Source: Mantamonas sphyraenae STR306
Lineage: Eukaryota > Protista > CRuMs
Direction of reading: 5' to 3'
Assembly (NCBI GenBank): GCA_026936335.1
Contig: JAPMXV010000015.1
Location: 62,001-126,000, forward strand
DNA: 64,000 nt
Positions 10,517 through 20,730 of this stretch are shown in pieces; position 1 is the stretch's first letter; the number at the start of each line of letters is the position of its first letter. The notes beneath the pieces are model-generated. The model did no database searches and was not told the DNA's origin. It saw only the letters and a list, made by a program, of their open reading frames with translations. A program made the position numbers and the translations under genes.

Positions 10517-10558
10517 CCTCTGTGGTTCCCCATTTTGTGCTCATTTGCGTTAGCTCAG

Positions 10559-11863
10559 CTACGCTTCTCGCTGCGAATGGCTGCTCGTCATGTTCAGTGG
10601 GCCGTTTGCGCTGCGACTCGCTTCCGAGTCGTCGTCCCCATCCTCTGTCACCACGACGGCGTCCAGCACATTGTTGAATTGGTGTTGGAATTCCTGCCGG
10701 GCCTTTTGCATCGACGAGCGTCCGTGTAGGAGGGGTCGCAGGGACGCAGAAATGGCCAGTGCGCCAACGGCGCCGGCAGTGGCAAAAACTTCCTTCAGTG
10801 CCACCTGCGAGCCCAGCAACACGACAATCACCTCTGCAATGTAGATGACCTGGGCGCTGTTGAGCAGAATGGCAAAATTCAGAAGCACGGCCGTGTTGTG
10901 ACGCGCCCGCTGCAGATACCCTCGAAGCTCTTGCTTCTTTTCCAGCAACCATCCTTGAAACTCTTCCTCCGCGCTGGGAGAGGTTACGGGAGGGGGCAGC
11001 ACCACGTGACCCTCCTCGTTGTCACCCGGACTGCTCTCCCTGGACGACAGTTGCGCGTCGCGAGAAAAGCGACGGCTCGAATTTTCACCACCCTTTTTCG
11101 TCCGCAACCGATCCGAGTCGTCTGCGTCCTCTGTGCTGCCCGAATCGGCCAGCAGCCTCCGCGAGCGCACTTGTTCAGCCAGGCGCTCGGCGTAGGATTG
11201 GTGGAAGCGCAGGTAGGTGCGGATGCACCAGGGGGAGACGGCGCAGGCGATGGGCAGAGACAAGTCCACCACCCGCGTAAGGTAAAAGATGGTAGTGATG
11301 GTGTCAAGCGCCGATTGGTAAATGTACACAATGCCCAGCATGGCCAAGGTCCAGATGCCGGCAAAGACGCCCGAGATGGCAACCAAGCGTCGAAGGGTGG
11401 TCCGCCCAGAAGGAAACGGTGTTGGAAACGGCAGAGACGCGACCTGCTTGACCATGCGTCGAAAGAGCATCATGTTGGCGCTGCGGAAGAGATACATCAG
11501 GCCAGCGTAGTTGAAGATGGTGGTGAGGTCGATGATGACAAACATATTTGAGATGTCCTCGGCCTGAGGTCTGGAAACCCTCCACACAAACTGCCGCAGG
11601 GCCATGTTTGCTGCCAGCAGCAGCAGCACCAGGACAGGCCCGGCCCGCGTCGACGATGTGTTGCCAAGCGATGCCTGGCGACGTTTGTCTCTGTTGACAC
11701 GCGGTAGAATGGCCAGCCATCGCAGTAGGGTCACCAGCCGCCGGTACTCCGCAACCGCCTCCATGTCGCTGTATTGCGACGGTTCTGTGGCCTTGCTATT
11801 CACCTCGTAGGCGATGACGGATCCCGCGGACGTTCGCGTGGATCCTAGGCTCCAGTGGCGCAT
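10559..11863 (-). CDS. Multi-pass membrane protein, paralogue A of a tandem triplet (gustatory-receptor-like, ~6 TM)
   Basis: Shares Y..LV..LR..AILP, VW...RPQ, YLFR..N...FR, FY.TR..D, PW...YL..H..YA and FQ.W.L..KQ motifs with its two neighbours. Confidence 0.75.
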   Translation of the reverse strand: MRHWSLGSTRTSAGSVIAYEVNSKATEPSQYSDMEAVAEYRRLVTLLRWLAILPRVNRDKRRQASLGNTSSTRAGPVLVLLLLAANMALRQFVWRVSRPQAEDISNMFVIIDLTTIFNYAGLMYLFRSANMMLFRRMVKQVASLPFPTPFPSGRTTLRRLVAISGVFAGIWTLAMLGIVYIYQSALDTITTIFYLTRVVDLSLPIACAVSPWCIRTYLRFHQSYAERLAEQVRSRRLLADSGSTEDADDSDRLRTKKGGENSSRRFSRDAQLSSRESSPGDNEEGHVVLPPPVTSPSAEEEFQGWLLEKKQELRGYLQRARHNTAVLLNFAILLNSAQVIYIAEVIVVLLGSQVALKEVFATAGAVGALAISASLRPLLHGRSSMQKARQEFQHQFNNVLDAVVVTEDGDDDSEASRSANGPLNMTSSHSQREA

Positions 11864-11958
11864 TGTCAAAGCAGTAGTGGGGGATGGGTGTTTGGTGGGG
11901 TGCCGCGTTTGTTGCCTTGGGCAGGGAGGGGAAACCATGTCATCACCCGTCCCACATC

Positions 11959-13287
11959 TCACACACTGTCTGTCATCACCCTCCCCGTCAGCTCAACGTC
12001 GTTTCTGGTGTTGCCATCCAGTTGGAAGCCGTCATGCGGCTGGTCCACGTCGTCTTCATCGTCGTCCACGGCCTGCATGACATTGGAAAATTCGTCTGCA
12101 AACCGACGACGAGCACTACGCATGGCCAGTAACCCGTTGACCATGGGTCGAATGCTGAATAAAACGCCAAGCCAGAGAATGGCCCCGGCCACAGAGATGA
12201 CCTCCTTCAGCGCTGTGCTGGAGAAAAACAGCGCATAGATGGCCACTGCGCCCTCCACAGCAATGGCAGCATTGCACAGCAGGGCCGTGTTGAGCACAAG
12301 GCCTGTTTCTGTGTACGCACGGTGGATGTGACCGCGCATCACCTGCTTGCTTTGCAACACCCACTGTTGGAAGCTCTGTTGGCCAGATATGTTGGTACGC
12401 GTGGGTTTCTTCTCTGTCCATGTTCCCGAACTCGTCACGGAACGTGGGCTGAGCGACAGGTCCGACGTGTCCGACGTGACGCTCTGCAGATGATTCGATG
12501 CAATCCTTCTTGTCAATCGCTTCATGGGCATTTCCACACGCCGCTGTTCGATCGAATGCGCAAGCCGCAATGCGTAAAGTGTGTGCAGGCGCAGGTAGAG
12601 GCTGACGATCCACGGCGAGAGCCACACAGCAACCACAAGTGAAACATCCAGAATCCGCGTTGCGTAGAACAGGATGGCCACTGGGTGGAGCGATGATTGA
12701 TAGATGTACACGATGCCCAGCATAGCCAGGGCCCACCCCGAGATGAATGTGCCATACAACGCCAGCATGCGCCGAAAGGAGCGTTTCAGCGAGCAAGTCT
12801 CCATTTGGGCCCCTTCCCCCAAATCAGGCAACCGCGCCACTTTGAGCGCAAGACGCCGAAAGTGAGTCCGATTTGCCGTGCGGAACAAGTACAGGAGGGC
12901 ACAGTACTGAAGGACCGCTGCAATGTCCAGCAAGAGCATCACCGCCACAATCGAGGGTGGCTGCGGCCGCAATGAGGTCCAGACCACATATCGTAGAACC
13001 GCGTTGCCCACAAACAGCGCGAGCACAAGCGCAGGCCACACGCGAACCTCTCCACCACCTGTGCCCTTGCGTGCCCGTGTGCCCTTGCGTGCAGCCCTTG
13101 GCACAATTGCCACCACACGCAGGACGCGGACGAGCAACTGGTAGGCAGCGACAACGTCTCGGTCCAATTGCCCGTGCCTCGCCCTCCACTGTTCCGCCGA
13201 TGACATCACCTCTGTCGTCGACGACATCACTGAAGATCGCACGCTCGACACGCTGCTACGCTTGGCATCAGCCGTCGAAGTGCGCAT
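11959..13287 (-). CDS. Multi-pass membrane protein, paralogue B of the tandem triplet
   Basis: Same motif series; LAMLGIVYIYQS is identical to paralogue A. Confidence 0.78.
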   Translation of the reverse strand: MRTSTADAKRSSVSSVRSSVMSSTTEVMSSAEQWRARHGQLDRDVVAAYQLLVRVLRVVAIVPRAARKGTRARKGTGGGEVRVWPALVLALFVGNAVLRYVVWTSLRPQPPSIVAVMLLLDIAAVLQYCALLYLFRTANRTHFRRLALKVARLPDLGEGAQMETCSLKRSFRRMLALYGTFISGWALAMLGIVYIYQSSLHPVAILFYATRILDVSLVVAVWLSPWIVSLYLRLHTLYALRLAHSIEQRRVEMPMKRLTRRIASNHLQSVTSDTSDLSLSPRSVTSSGTWTEKKPTRTNISGQQSFQQWVLQSKQVMRGHIHRAYTETGLVLNTALLCNAAIAVEGAVAIYALFFSSTALKEVISVAGAILWLGVLFSIRPMVNGLLAMRSARRRFADEFSNVMQAVDDDEDDVDQPHDGFQLDGNTRNDVELTGRVMTDSV

Positions 13288-13396
13288 CGTGTCGTCTGCT
13301 CACCGCGTCGTTTGGCAAAAACAAAAAAGTGTCCGATCCGGTGTTTTCTTGCAACAACGGCCGCGTGTGTGTGTGTACTTTGGACCAGCCCTACAT

Positions 13397-14668
13397 TCAT
13401 CCCCCAACCTCAACTCGTTGCGAATGCGAGGGCCGAGCCGGAATGTCCACAGAAGTTGTGCCGCCCTCCATGTCGCTGCCATCGTGGTCGAGCTCGTCGA
13501 GCTCCTCGTCACCATCCACAGAATCAATGACGCCGTCAAACTGCTGGTGGAACTCACTGCTGGCTGTGCGCATGGCACGAAGCGCCTGTACAATCACGAA
13601 AAAGGCGGCCACGACACCAACCACAAATATGGCTCCTGCGCCCCAGTAAGCCTCTGCCAGCACCACATTCTCGTCACTCGTCACTGCCAGCATGGCTTCA
13701 TACACCAAGTAACACGAGGCCACATAGCTCGCTCCCGTGCCGTAGATTAGCACCGACGTGTTTGCACGCGCCTTGTCCAAGAACCCACCCAGCTCCTGCT
13801 TGCTTGTCAGCAACCACGCTTGGAATGCCGCATTGTCCAAAAGCATCACTGAAGAGTCACGGTGGCTGCGGCTGGGCGACACGCGGCTTGGCGACTGTGG
13901 TCCCTCCACGCTGCTGGCATTACTTTTGCGTCCTGCGCCCCGTCGCAGTAGCTTGGTCACATCCCGCCTGCGTCCCACCTCTGTGGCAATTGTGCTGGCG
14001 TACGCTTTGTGGAACTGCAGATATGTGGTCATGCACCACGGCAGCATGATAAACGCCAGTGAAAGGGGCAAATCCAAGAAGCGCGTCATGTAGAACGCCA
14101 CGGCCACCCAAGACGCTTTGCCCATCAACGAGACGCCCGTATAAAAGAGCACTCCCGTCCAGCAGACAATAAAAAGACCGGAGGGCACCAGAAACGCAAT
14201 GAGCTGTTGTCGCACGCGATGCGGGTTCAGCAACCGCCTGTCCGCCAATTGCAACACCGCCAGCTTGCTGACCAGCTGCCGGAACAGCATTGCGTTGTTG
14301 GGGCGGAACAGGTACAAAAGAGAGGCGTAGGAGAACACGGTGAGCGAGTCCAGGCCCACAAACATGTTGGGGATGATTTCGGCCTGCGGGCGTTCCACGC
14401 GCCACACGTCCTGACGCCAGAGAGCGTTGAGCACCATCAGCAGCATCAAAAGCACAGGTACCAACCGAACCGCCTGAAAAGATTCCTCTCTCCGCCTCCG
14501 CCTGTCCTTGCTGGGCGTGGGAAGCACCGCGATTTTGCGCAAAACGCGCACCAAGAAACCGTACGTGGCCACCACGTCAGGGTCCATCGTCTGCACACGC
14601 AACTTCTGCGAGTGGAAGGATGCATCCGACCCTGTCGACACCGCCCGTAGCATTGCCTCCCGTTTCAT
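13397..14668 (-). CDS. Multi-pass membrane protein, paralogue C of the tandem triplet
   Basis: Same motif series (YGFLVRVLRKIAVLP, YLFRPNNAMLFR, FYMTRFLD, PWCMTTYLQFHKAYA, FQAWLLTSKQ). Confidence 0.78.
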   Translation of the reverse strand: MKREAMLRAVSTGSDASFHSQKLRVQTMDPDVVATYGFLVRVLRKIAVLPTPSKDRRRRREESFQAVRLVPVLLMLLMVLNALWRQDVWRVERPQAEIIPNMFVGLDSLTVFSYASLLYLFRPNNAMLFRQLVSKLAVLQLADRRLLNPHRVRQQLIAFLVPSGLFIVCWTGVLFYTGVSLMGKASWVAVAFYMTRFLDLPLSLAFIMLPWCMTTYLQFHKAYASTIATEVGRRRDVTKLLRRGAGRKSNASSVEGPQSPSRVSPSRSHRDSSVMLLDNAAFQAWLLTSKQELGGFLDKARANTSVLIYGTGASYVASCYLVYEAMLAVTSDENVVLAEAYWGAGAIFVVGVVAAFFVIVQALRAMRTASSEFHQQFDGVIDSVDGDEELDELDHDGSDMEGGTTSVDIPARPSHSQRVEVGG

Positions 14669-14921
14669 TCTCGCCGAAAGGAAGGGGGGTTGGCGTCGCC
14701 CACGCAAACCCGCCGCCGGCCTCTTCGATCGAAATGCTTTCCAAACGGCGACGACACCCTCCCATCCTTTCCGGCACATCACCACCCTCCTACACCATCC
14801 TGCCTTCCTGCCATCCCTCCCGACACCCTCTGTGTCACCTCACCCATCGCATGAGGAGCCCGCCAGGTCTTCCAACCCAATCCCCCCCGCATTCACCTTC
14901 ACCCTCCTCACCAGCCATCGC

Positions 14922-16857
14922 ATGTCGTCGGCTCTACGCAGTCCGACGCCCAGCAAAAGGTCAGTGTGCACAGGACCATCAGCCGCTTGGACGAGGCGTC
15001 CCCTCACACCTACCGTTCGCACCCACAGCACACGCAATCACCCAAAGATCCTGAAAACCAAGCTACCATGGTTTGAGGAGGAAGTGAAGCAGCGCAAGCA
15101 AACGCGCAGTCCCTCGAAGCAATCGTACAGAACGTAAGTCGAGACGTGCGACGAGACGCGTTTGGGCGCCAGAAAACGGCCCGCTGACACTCTCGCACCC
15201 ACCCTGCAGCGACGGAGACGTGTACGATCTGCCCGAGGTGCATCCAGACGTGCAATTGGAGCTTGTCGAGTGTTCAGTGTGTTCCCGCAAGTTTGGGTCG
15301 GATCGCATCGAACAACACGAGGAGATCTGCAAACGCAACTCGGCACGCGTGGTCAAACGCACCGTGTTTGACTCACAGCAGGCTCGCCTGAGGGGCACCG
15401 AGTTCAAACGATACAACACAGGAAGTGGCGGAGGAGGCAGTGACGGCAGTGACAGTGACGACACATGGAAGTCCTCCAGCGGTGGACGGGCAAGCAGTGT
15501 CGCGGAAGCCTCGCCCAAGAGGCGGAAGGACGGCGAGAAGCCAAAGTGGCTGATTGAACACGAAAAACTGGTGGAGAACATGCGTTCCAGTGCCAGCAAG
15601 GGTAGCGGGCGCAAGAAGAAGAAGGAGCAGGAGCTACAGGAAGGCGAGGACGGACGCGTACAGTGTCCCCACTGCCAACGTCGATTTATTCGTGAGAGCG
15701 CAGAGAAGCACATACCATCGTGTAAGGAACAGGCTCTGCGTGACCGCATCCGCAAGCGCAACCGTGAGCAGCTCAAGACGCAGTCTCGCGCTGCCAGCGC
15801 CATGGGAGGCGCCTCGGGAACACCAGACACGCGAGCTGCGAATCGCACCGAAGTGCAACGACGCAGCCACACCTCTCTTGGCATGAACAGGGGATCAGGC
15901 ACACGTGCAAAACGTGTCGCACCCAAGAAGCTGGTGGAGGAGAAGCAAAAGGCGCGATCTGCAGCAGCCGCCGTCAAGCGCAACCTTGCCGACCAAATGG
16001 ACACTGTTGCCGGGCAGCCTTCCGATACAACGCCACAACCTGAATGGGCCGCAGACGACGACGCATTTGACGCCGAAGTGGCCTTGACCAACAACGCTGG
16101 CAATGCAGACGTTGCATCCCCCGCAGCAGAGGAGTCTCCCTCGGCCAAAGACGTGCCTCCCAAGGATGACGACGAAAGCACCAGCAACAGCACCAGCACG
16201 AAGCAAGTGACAACACCCAAAGCAGCTCCCAAGGTCAAAGCATCATCTGTACAAAACACACGCAGCAAGCAGTCGCAGCAGAGCAGGACACCTGCAAAGC
16301 GCACGCCCTCCAGGGCCACACCGGCAAAGAGCACACCTACCAAAGCCACACCGGCAAAGAGTACAGTTGTGAAGCGCACTCCTGCACGCACCCCTGCAAA
16401 AAGCGAGACGGGCAAACTCGTCGGCGACAAACCCACACGCAGCAAGCAGTCGCAGCAGCGCAAGCAAGCTATCCTCAAGTCAAACGCAAAGACACCCAAG
16501 AAGCAACTGCATGGCGTGGAATCCAACCCTGAGCACATCAAGAACAGGTCCAACCGACCCAGCCGCAACGACGACGACAAGGAAGCGGAGCCCATCCACT
16601 CGACCACAAGCACCACCACTACAACCACAGACGACAATCCCACAGACCCCAAAGCATCGGCCCCGCCCAAGGCCAAGGAACCCTCCGGGTCGGATGCCTC
16701 GTCTTCGGAATCCGACTCGGAATCCGAAACCGACGAATCCGGCTCCGAGTCAGACTCCTCCTACGAATGGGTCACCGACGACGAAGAAGCGGAAGAGGAA
16801 CAAGACGAGCAGGACCAGGCCAAGGACGAGGAGGGTGGAGCGTCGAAAGAAAGGTGA
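14922..16857 (+). CDS. C2HC zinc-finger protein (ZC2HC1A/C-like); introns 14960-15028 and 15134-15209
   Basis: CSVCSRKF...IEQHEEIC, VFDSQQARL.GT, KW...H and QCPHCQRRF...AEKHIPSC motifs; intron phases are consistent. Confidence 0.8.
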
Positions 16858-17288
16858 GAATGAACATCGAATCATTGAAATCATTCCTCTCCCAGGAAGA
16901 ACTTGCTCTCGCGGATCTCAGCCAGCGTGATACGCTTGCTGGCATCCTTTTCCAGCATGCGCTGCAGCAGCTCCTTGGCACTCGGGTCCATGTCATCCGG
17001 GTACGTCACTTCCTCCTCTTTGATCATTGCGTACAGGTCCACAATGTGCGTCGTCTGGAACGGCACCTTGCCCGTCAGCATCACATACAGCGTAATTCCC
17101 AAGGCCCACACATCCACTGGCGGGCCCAGGAACGTGTCCCCGGACACCACCTCGGGGCTCGGGTACGCCGGAGACCCGGCCGTCTTGCGAATCAACTCGT
17201 CCTCGCTCTTCAGCTTGTGCGACACCCCAAAGTCCGTCAGCACCACCTCACCTGATTCATGTAGCTGCACATTCTCGGGTTTGACGTC
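16676..17288 (+). repeat. Direct duplication, copy 1 (~610 bp): intact 3' end of the zinc-finger gene plus an orphan 3' part of the kinase gene
   Basis: Near-identical to 20731-21346, from aggaaccctccgggtcggatgcc to ctcgggtttgacgtc, with scattered substitutions. Confidence 0.95.
16881..17288 (-). pseudogene. Truncated duplicate of the kinase C-lobe
   Basis: Begins at DVKPEN with no HR and no N-lobe; carries L>Q (NVQL), L>P (AYPSPE) and M>V changes relative to the intact copy. Confidence 0.85.
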
Positions 17289-17564
17289 AACAAAGGGAGG
17301 AGACCGATGGCGAGACGCTGACCGAGTACTAATATGTGTCCGGTATCTCGCCCATCGACATTCTGAGCCACATCCGTGTGCTCTGTGAAACACACAACCT
17401 GCCCTACATTTAGCTGCAGTCCAATGCCGACATTGGCGTCGCCAGCAACACCAAGCGGGCCACAAGCTTCGTCGTGGTCAAGCTGCACGACCTGTCGAAT
17501 TTTGTCCAGGGACCCAGGGGACAAGGCGTACCACGGTGTGGCGAACGCGTGGGTTGCGCTGTAA
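17289..17564 (+). pseudogene. NHP2: Decayed NHP2 (H/ACA snoRNP, L7Ae family) fragment
   Basis: The frame from 17342 reads GISPIDILSHIRVLCETHNLPYI*LQSNADIGVASNTKRATSFVVV, matching the NHP2 pattern DISPIDVISHIPVLCE..IPYI..S..LG.A..TKRPTS. In-frame TAG at 17411-17413 and an apparent later frameshift. Confidence 0.8.
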
Positions 17565-17805
17565 CCTATAGAAACTCCGTTGCGGACTGCCGGACTGCTG
17601 GTCAAAGAGCGCAAATCTCTGTCAAGGAGGACGAGGAAGAGGTCTCCGCATCCAAGACACGAAGAAGAAGCGCAACCAGACACTGGAAAATGAGATGGAA
17701 CCCAGAAGGGAGTTTCTCGATGCTGCATGCTGACTTGGTGGATGCCACTTGTGTCCAGTGCGACCGCTGGCGGCTGTGCTCTGGCGCGCCACCTCAGCCA
17801 AAACC

Positions 17806-18585
17806 ATGAAGACGACAACACTCGCCTGCATTCTGCTTCTTTCTATCTGTCTGTCACCCAGCGTGCTTGCTAGGTGCCGCAAGTGCTTCGAACCCCCTCC
17901 CCCGTGCAAAAAGTGCGATGCAACACCCACTACCACAACGAAGAAGTCCACAAGCCTCAACGGAAAATCCTTCGATGTTGACACAAGCACGACATTGAAG
18001 AAACAAGACAGTAGCTGCGTTACGCTGGCGAAGATGTTCTTGACGGACCTGGGTGAAGACATCAAAGACGCGCTCAAGGAGGAGGCCAAGAAAACCATCG
18101 CGAACATGGTCGGTATTCGGTACGAGGATGAAGATGGCTTTACACGTACGGCCATGTACACAGAGCCCTTTGGCACGTGTCAGCCTCACATATACATGAA
18201 GGACGACCAGATCTACAACGGATCCATTCTGGTCACCCTCAACGAGAACGACTCCACCTTCACCAGGAAATACTTCTACAACAGCAAAACCTGCTTCGGA
18301 ACGAGTACCAGCTACACTGAATCCAAATATCAAGAGCGGGTTCGACCCAAAGACGTGTGCGCGTCGTACACCTGGCGTGTCAAGTTCGAGAAGAAAAAGG
18401 AGAAGCTCGTCTCGTATGCCTACGCGCTTGAGAACCCTGGACCGTGGTTTTCAGAACAAGAATTTGAGGAGTACGAGGGTGGTGGTTGGGGTGTCAGCTC
18501 TGCGCACAGCGCAGCGAAAACCGGGCGCCTTGCCCCCTTCGTTGTTCTCGCAATTTTTGGCGCCCTCTTCTTTGGCAGCTTGTAA
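17806..18585 (+). CDS. Predicted secreted, probably GPI-anchored surface protein (259 aa)
   Basis: Signal peptide MKTTTLACILLLSICLSPSVLA, a CxxC-PPPP-CxxC-TTTT segment, and a C-terminal small-residue site (SSAHSA) followed by a terminal hydrophobic tail. Confidence 0.75.
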   Translation: MKTTTLACILLLSICLSPSVLARCRKCFEPPPPCKKCDATPTTTTKKSTSLNGKSFDVDTSTTLKKQDSSCVTLAKMFLTDLGEDIKDALKEEAKKTIANMVGIRYEDEDGFTRTAMYTEPFGTCQPHIYMKDDQIYNGSILVTLNENDSTFTRKYFYNSKTCFGTSTSYTESKYQERVRPKDVCASYTWRVKFEKKKEKLVSYAYALENPGPWFSEQEFEEYEGGGWGVSSAHSAAKTGRLAPFVVLAIFGALFFGSL

Positions 18586-18893
18586 ACGTCCAGGAGGCAA
18601 GTGTCCACACTGGTGAAAACAAACAGCAAAGTGCCCCATCGATCGCAAGTGTCGATCGTCTCTGGTCTAGTGCACACACGAAGTGTCCACGTGCCAGTCC
18701 CTGCTCTTCCTTACCCCTCTCGTTTCTCTGGCAGGCTTGATTTTTGGGCGCCCTCTTCTTTGGCAGCTTGTAAACGTCCAGGAGGCAAGTGTCCACACTG
18801 GTGAAAACAAACAGCAAAGTGCCCCATCGATCGCAAGTGTCGATCGTCTCTGGTCTAGTGCAAACACGAAGTGTCCACGTGCAGTCCTGCTCT
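18553..18893 (+). repeat. Tandem direct repeat of ~155 bp (18553-18707 and 18740-18893) with a 32-bp spacer
   Basis: Two near-identical copies covering the last codons, stop and 3' flank of the surface-protein gene. Confidence 0.95.
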
Positions 18894-18914
18894 GGTCCAA
18901 CTCAAAACACACCA

Positions 18915-20722
18915 TGTTTTCCCGCAAGACCCTCGTGCTGAGAGGGATCCAGCTCGTGCTGCCGTGCATCTGTGCCGTTCTCTTTGCGATCTCCATTAAA
19001 GATCCACCTTTGGACTCGCTGCGATATCTTTCCGTGATGACACATGCGATGTCGAACAACAACGAAACCTTCTCGATTTCTGTGCCTCAAGGAGGTGAGG
19101 AAACGCGAAAAAAAACGGACGGCGGAACGAAGCTCACCTCTGACACCTGCACCAGTCCACAGCAAGGTCCAGTTCAACGCAGTTCTGGGTGCAACTGGTT
19201 CTGCGGAGGGATCGCGACCGCAACCGTTCCATCTCACCGTGCGCTTGGCCGGGGCGGTGGTGTGCGACTACGTGTCCAACTCGTCAAGCATCGCGGCCAT
19301 GGAATACCAGTGTTGCTTGCCAGCCTATGGCACACCAGCATCAGCATCAAGTAGTAGTACCCCAGAGGTGCTGGATGTACGCGTAGTCGCCGGGAAGATG
19401 GTCAACTCAATTCCCGTCTCTGCAATCGAGTACGCGGTGGTTCCCAGCGTCCGCAGCGTGACAGTGGGTGACATCGTCCCGCAGGTACGTGTAAACAGGG
19501 GATAGACCTAATCCGCATGCACTGACACACATTGCCTGGAACACACATATAGTTTGTTGCGAACTTTACGGTCGGCGGGACGCGTAAGATGCGCACGCTT
19601 GTTGTGTCACAAGACGTCCTCCTCAACCTAACAAAGAAGACGCGTGTATTCTGGCGCTCTGGAGATCCACCGACGATTGTGGGATCCAAAGTGCGCTGCA
19701 ACAGTGTCCAAGAGCCAAGCAATTCGTTCTTTGAGAACGGAGAAGCCACGCTTTCCATGGGGACCCATCTGTTTGCAGTGTACGGCACCGCCGTATTTCA
19801 AGATGCCGAGCTGGCGTTGTCGACCCTGGGGTCAGCCGTGGCCGCCGCAGCCGTGGTCGGCTTTCTATTCCAGTGGGCGATGCTTGTGGTGGGCAACCGA
19901 CTTGCAAGCTCGCACAAGAGCCTGCAAAAGCCTCCGGAGCCATCACTGACATGGCAGAGTGCCCGATTTCTCGCTGTCCTGCTGCTGATGTTTGTTCAAA
20001 TTCAGACAGGCACCCTGGGAACGTGGATGGGAGCCAGGGATATTGTGGACGCCAGCATGGCCCTGCTTGCGGTGGGCATTGTGGACTTACGATATCGAGT
20101 GTGGAAGCCACTGCGGGCGTTCAACGTTCTGCGAGTGTGCATGGCGCTCCTCTTTACCATCAGGATTGCCCTAGAGTCTGTTGCATGGGCTGATACATGG
20201 GCCAGAGGGACACGGCACACCATTGAAGCCACAATCTTGCATGGTTTGGCCCTCGGTGCACCCCTGGGGTGGCTTCTGGCTGAGTGTGTGGGTCTGTTTC
20301 CGCCCTGCACCAGCACCGCTGAACTTGGAGAAGGCAAAGAGGAGTACGCACTGCTGGAGCATGAGTGGCAGGGCAACGCAAACCGGTTCCTGTGGGTGTT
20401 TGTGATCAGCGACGTGTTTCAGGTGTGCGCGGTCGTCGTTTGGGTGGCCGATCCGTTCTCAAGCGCAAGCAATGCGGCGGCGGTGGCATTGCTCGTTTCA
20501 GCGACGGCTGTGAAGGGTGTAGGGCTGCCATTGACAGCAGTTCATCGCACATGGGTATTTGGCAGGGTGGTGTCGGGTAACGACGTGGGATGGGCAGCGC
20601 GTGTGATGGGAACGTCCTTGTTTGTGCTTCTGCCGTGTGGAAGTGCAATCTTGGGATGGGAAAAGTGTGCTGGAAGTGCAGGGGTGTGTCGACGGGGAGG
20701 TGGAGGAGGCTCGACTGTGTGA
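18915..20722 (+). CDS. Uncharacterised membrane protein: N-terminal TM/signal, beta-rich extracellular-like region and several C-terminal TM helices; introns ~19095-19154 and 19485-19552
   Basis: Three ORF segments join in frame through GTGAGG..CAG (phase 1) and GTACGT..TAG (phase 0) introns. Confidence 0.7.
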
Positions 20723-20730
20723 TTCAGGTC

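Noticed and set aside
16881-17465. 194-aa ORF as a functional chimeric kinase
   Set aside because: It lacks the N-lobe and the HR of HRD, and its N-terminus is antisense to the NHP2 pseudogene.
18553-18893. Repeat-spacer-repeat resembling a CRISPR array
   Set aside because: Only two 155-bp units, derived from a gene end, in a eukaryotic context with no cas genes.
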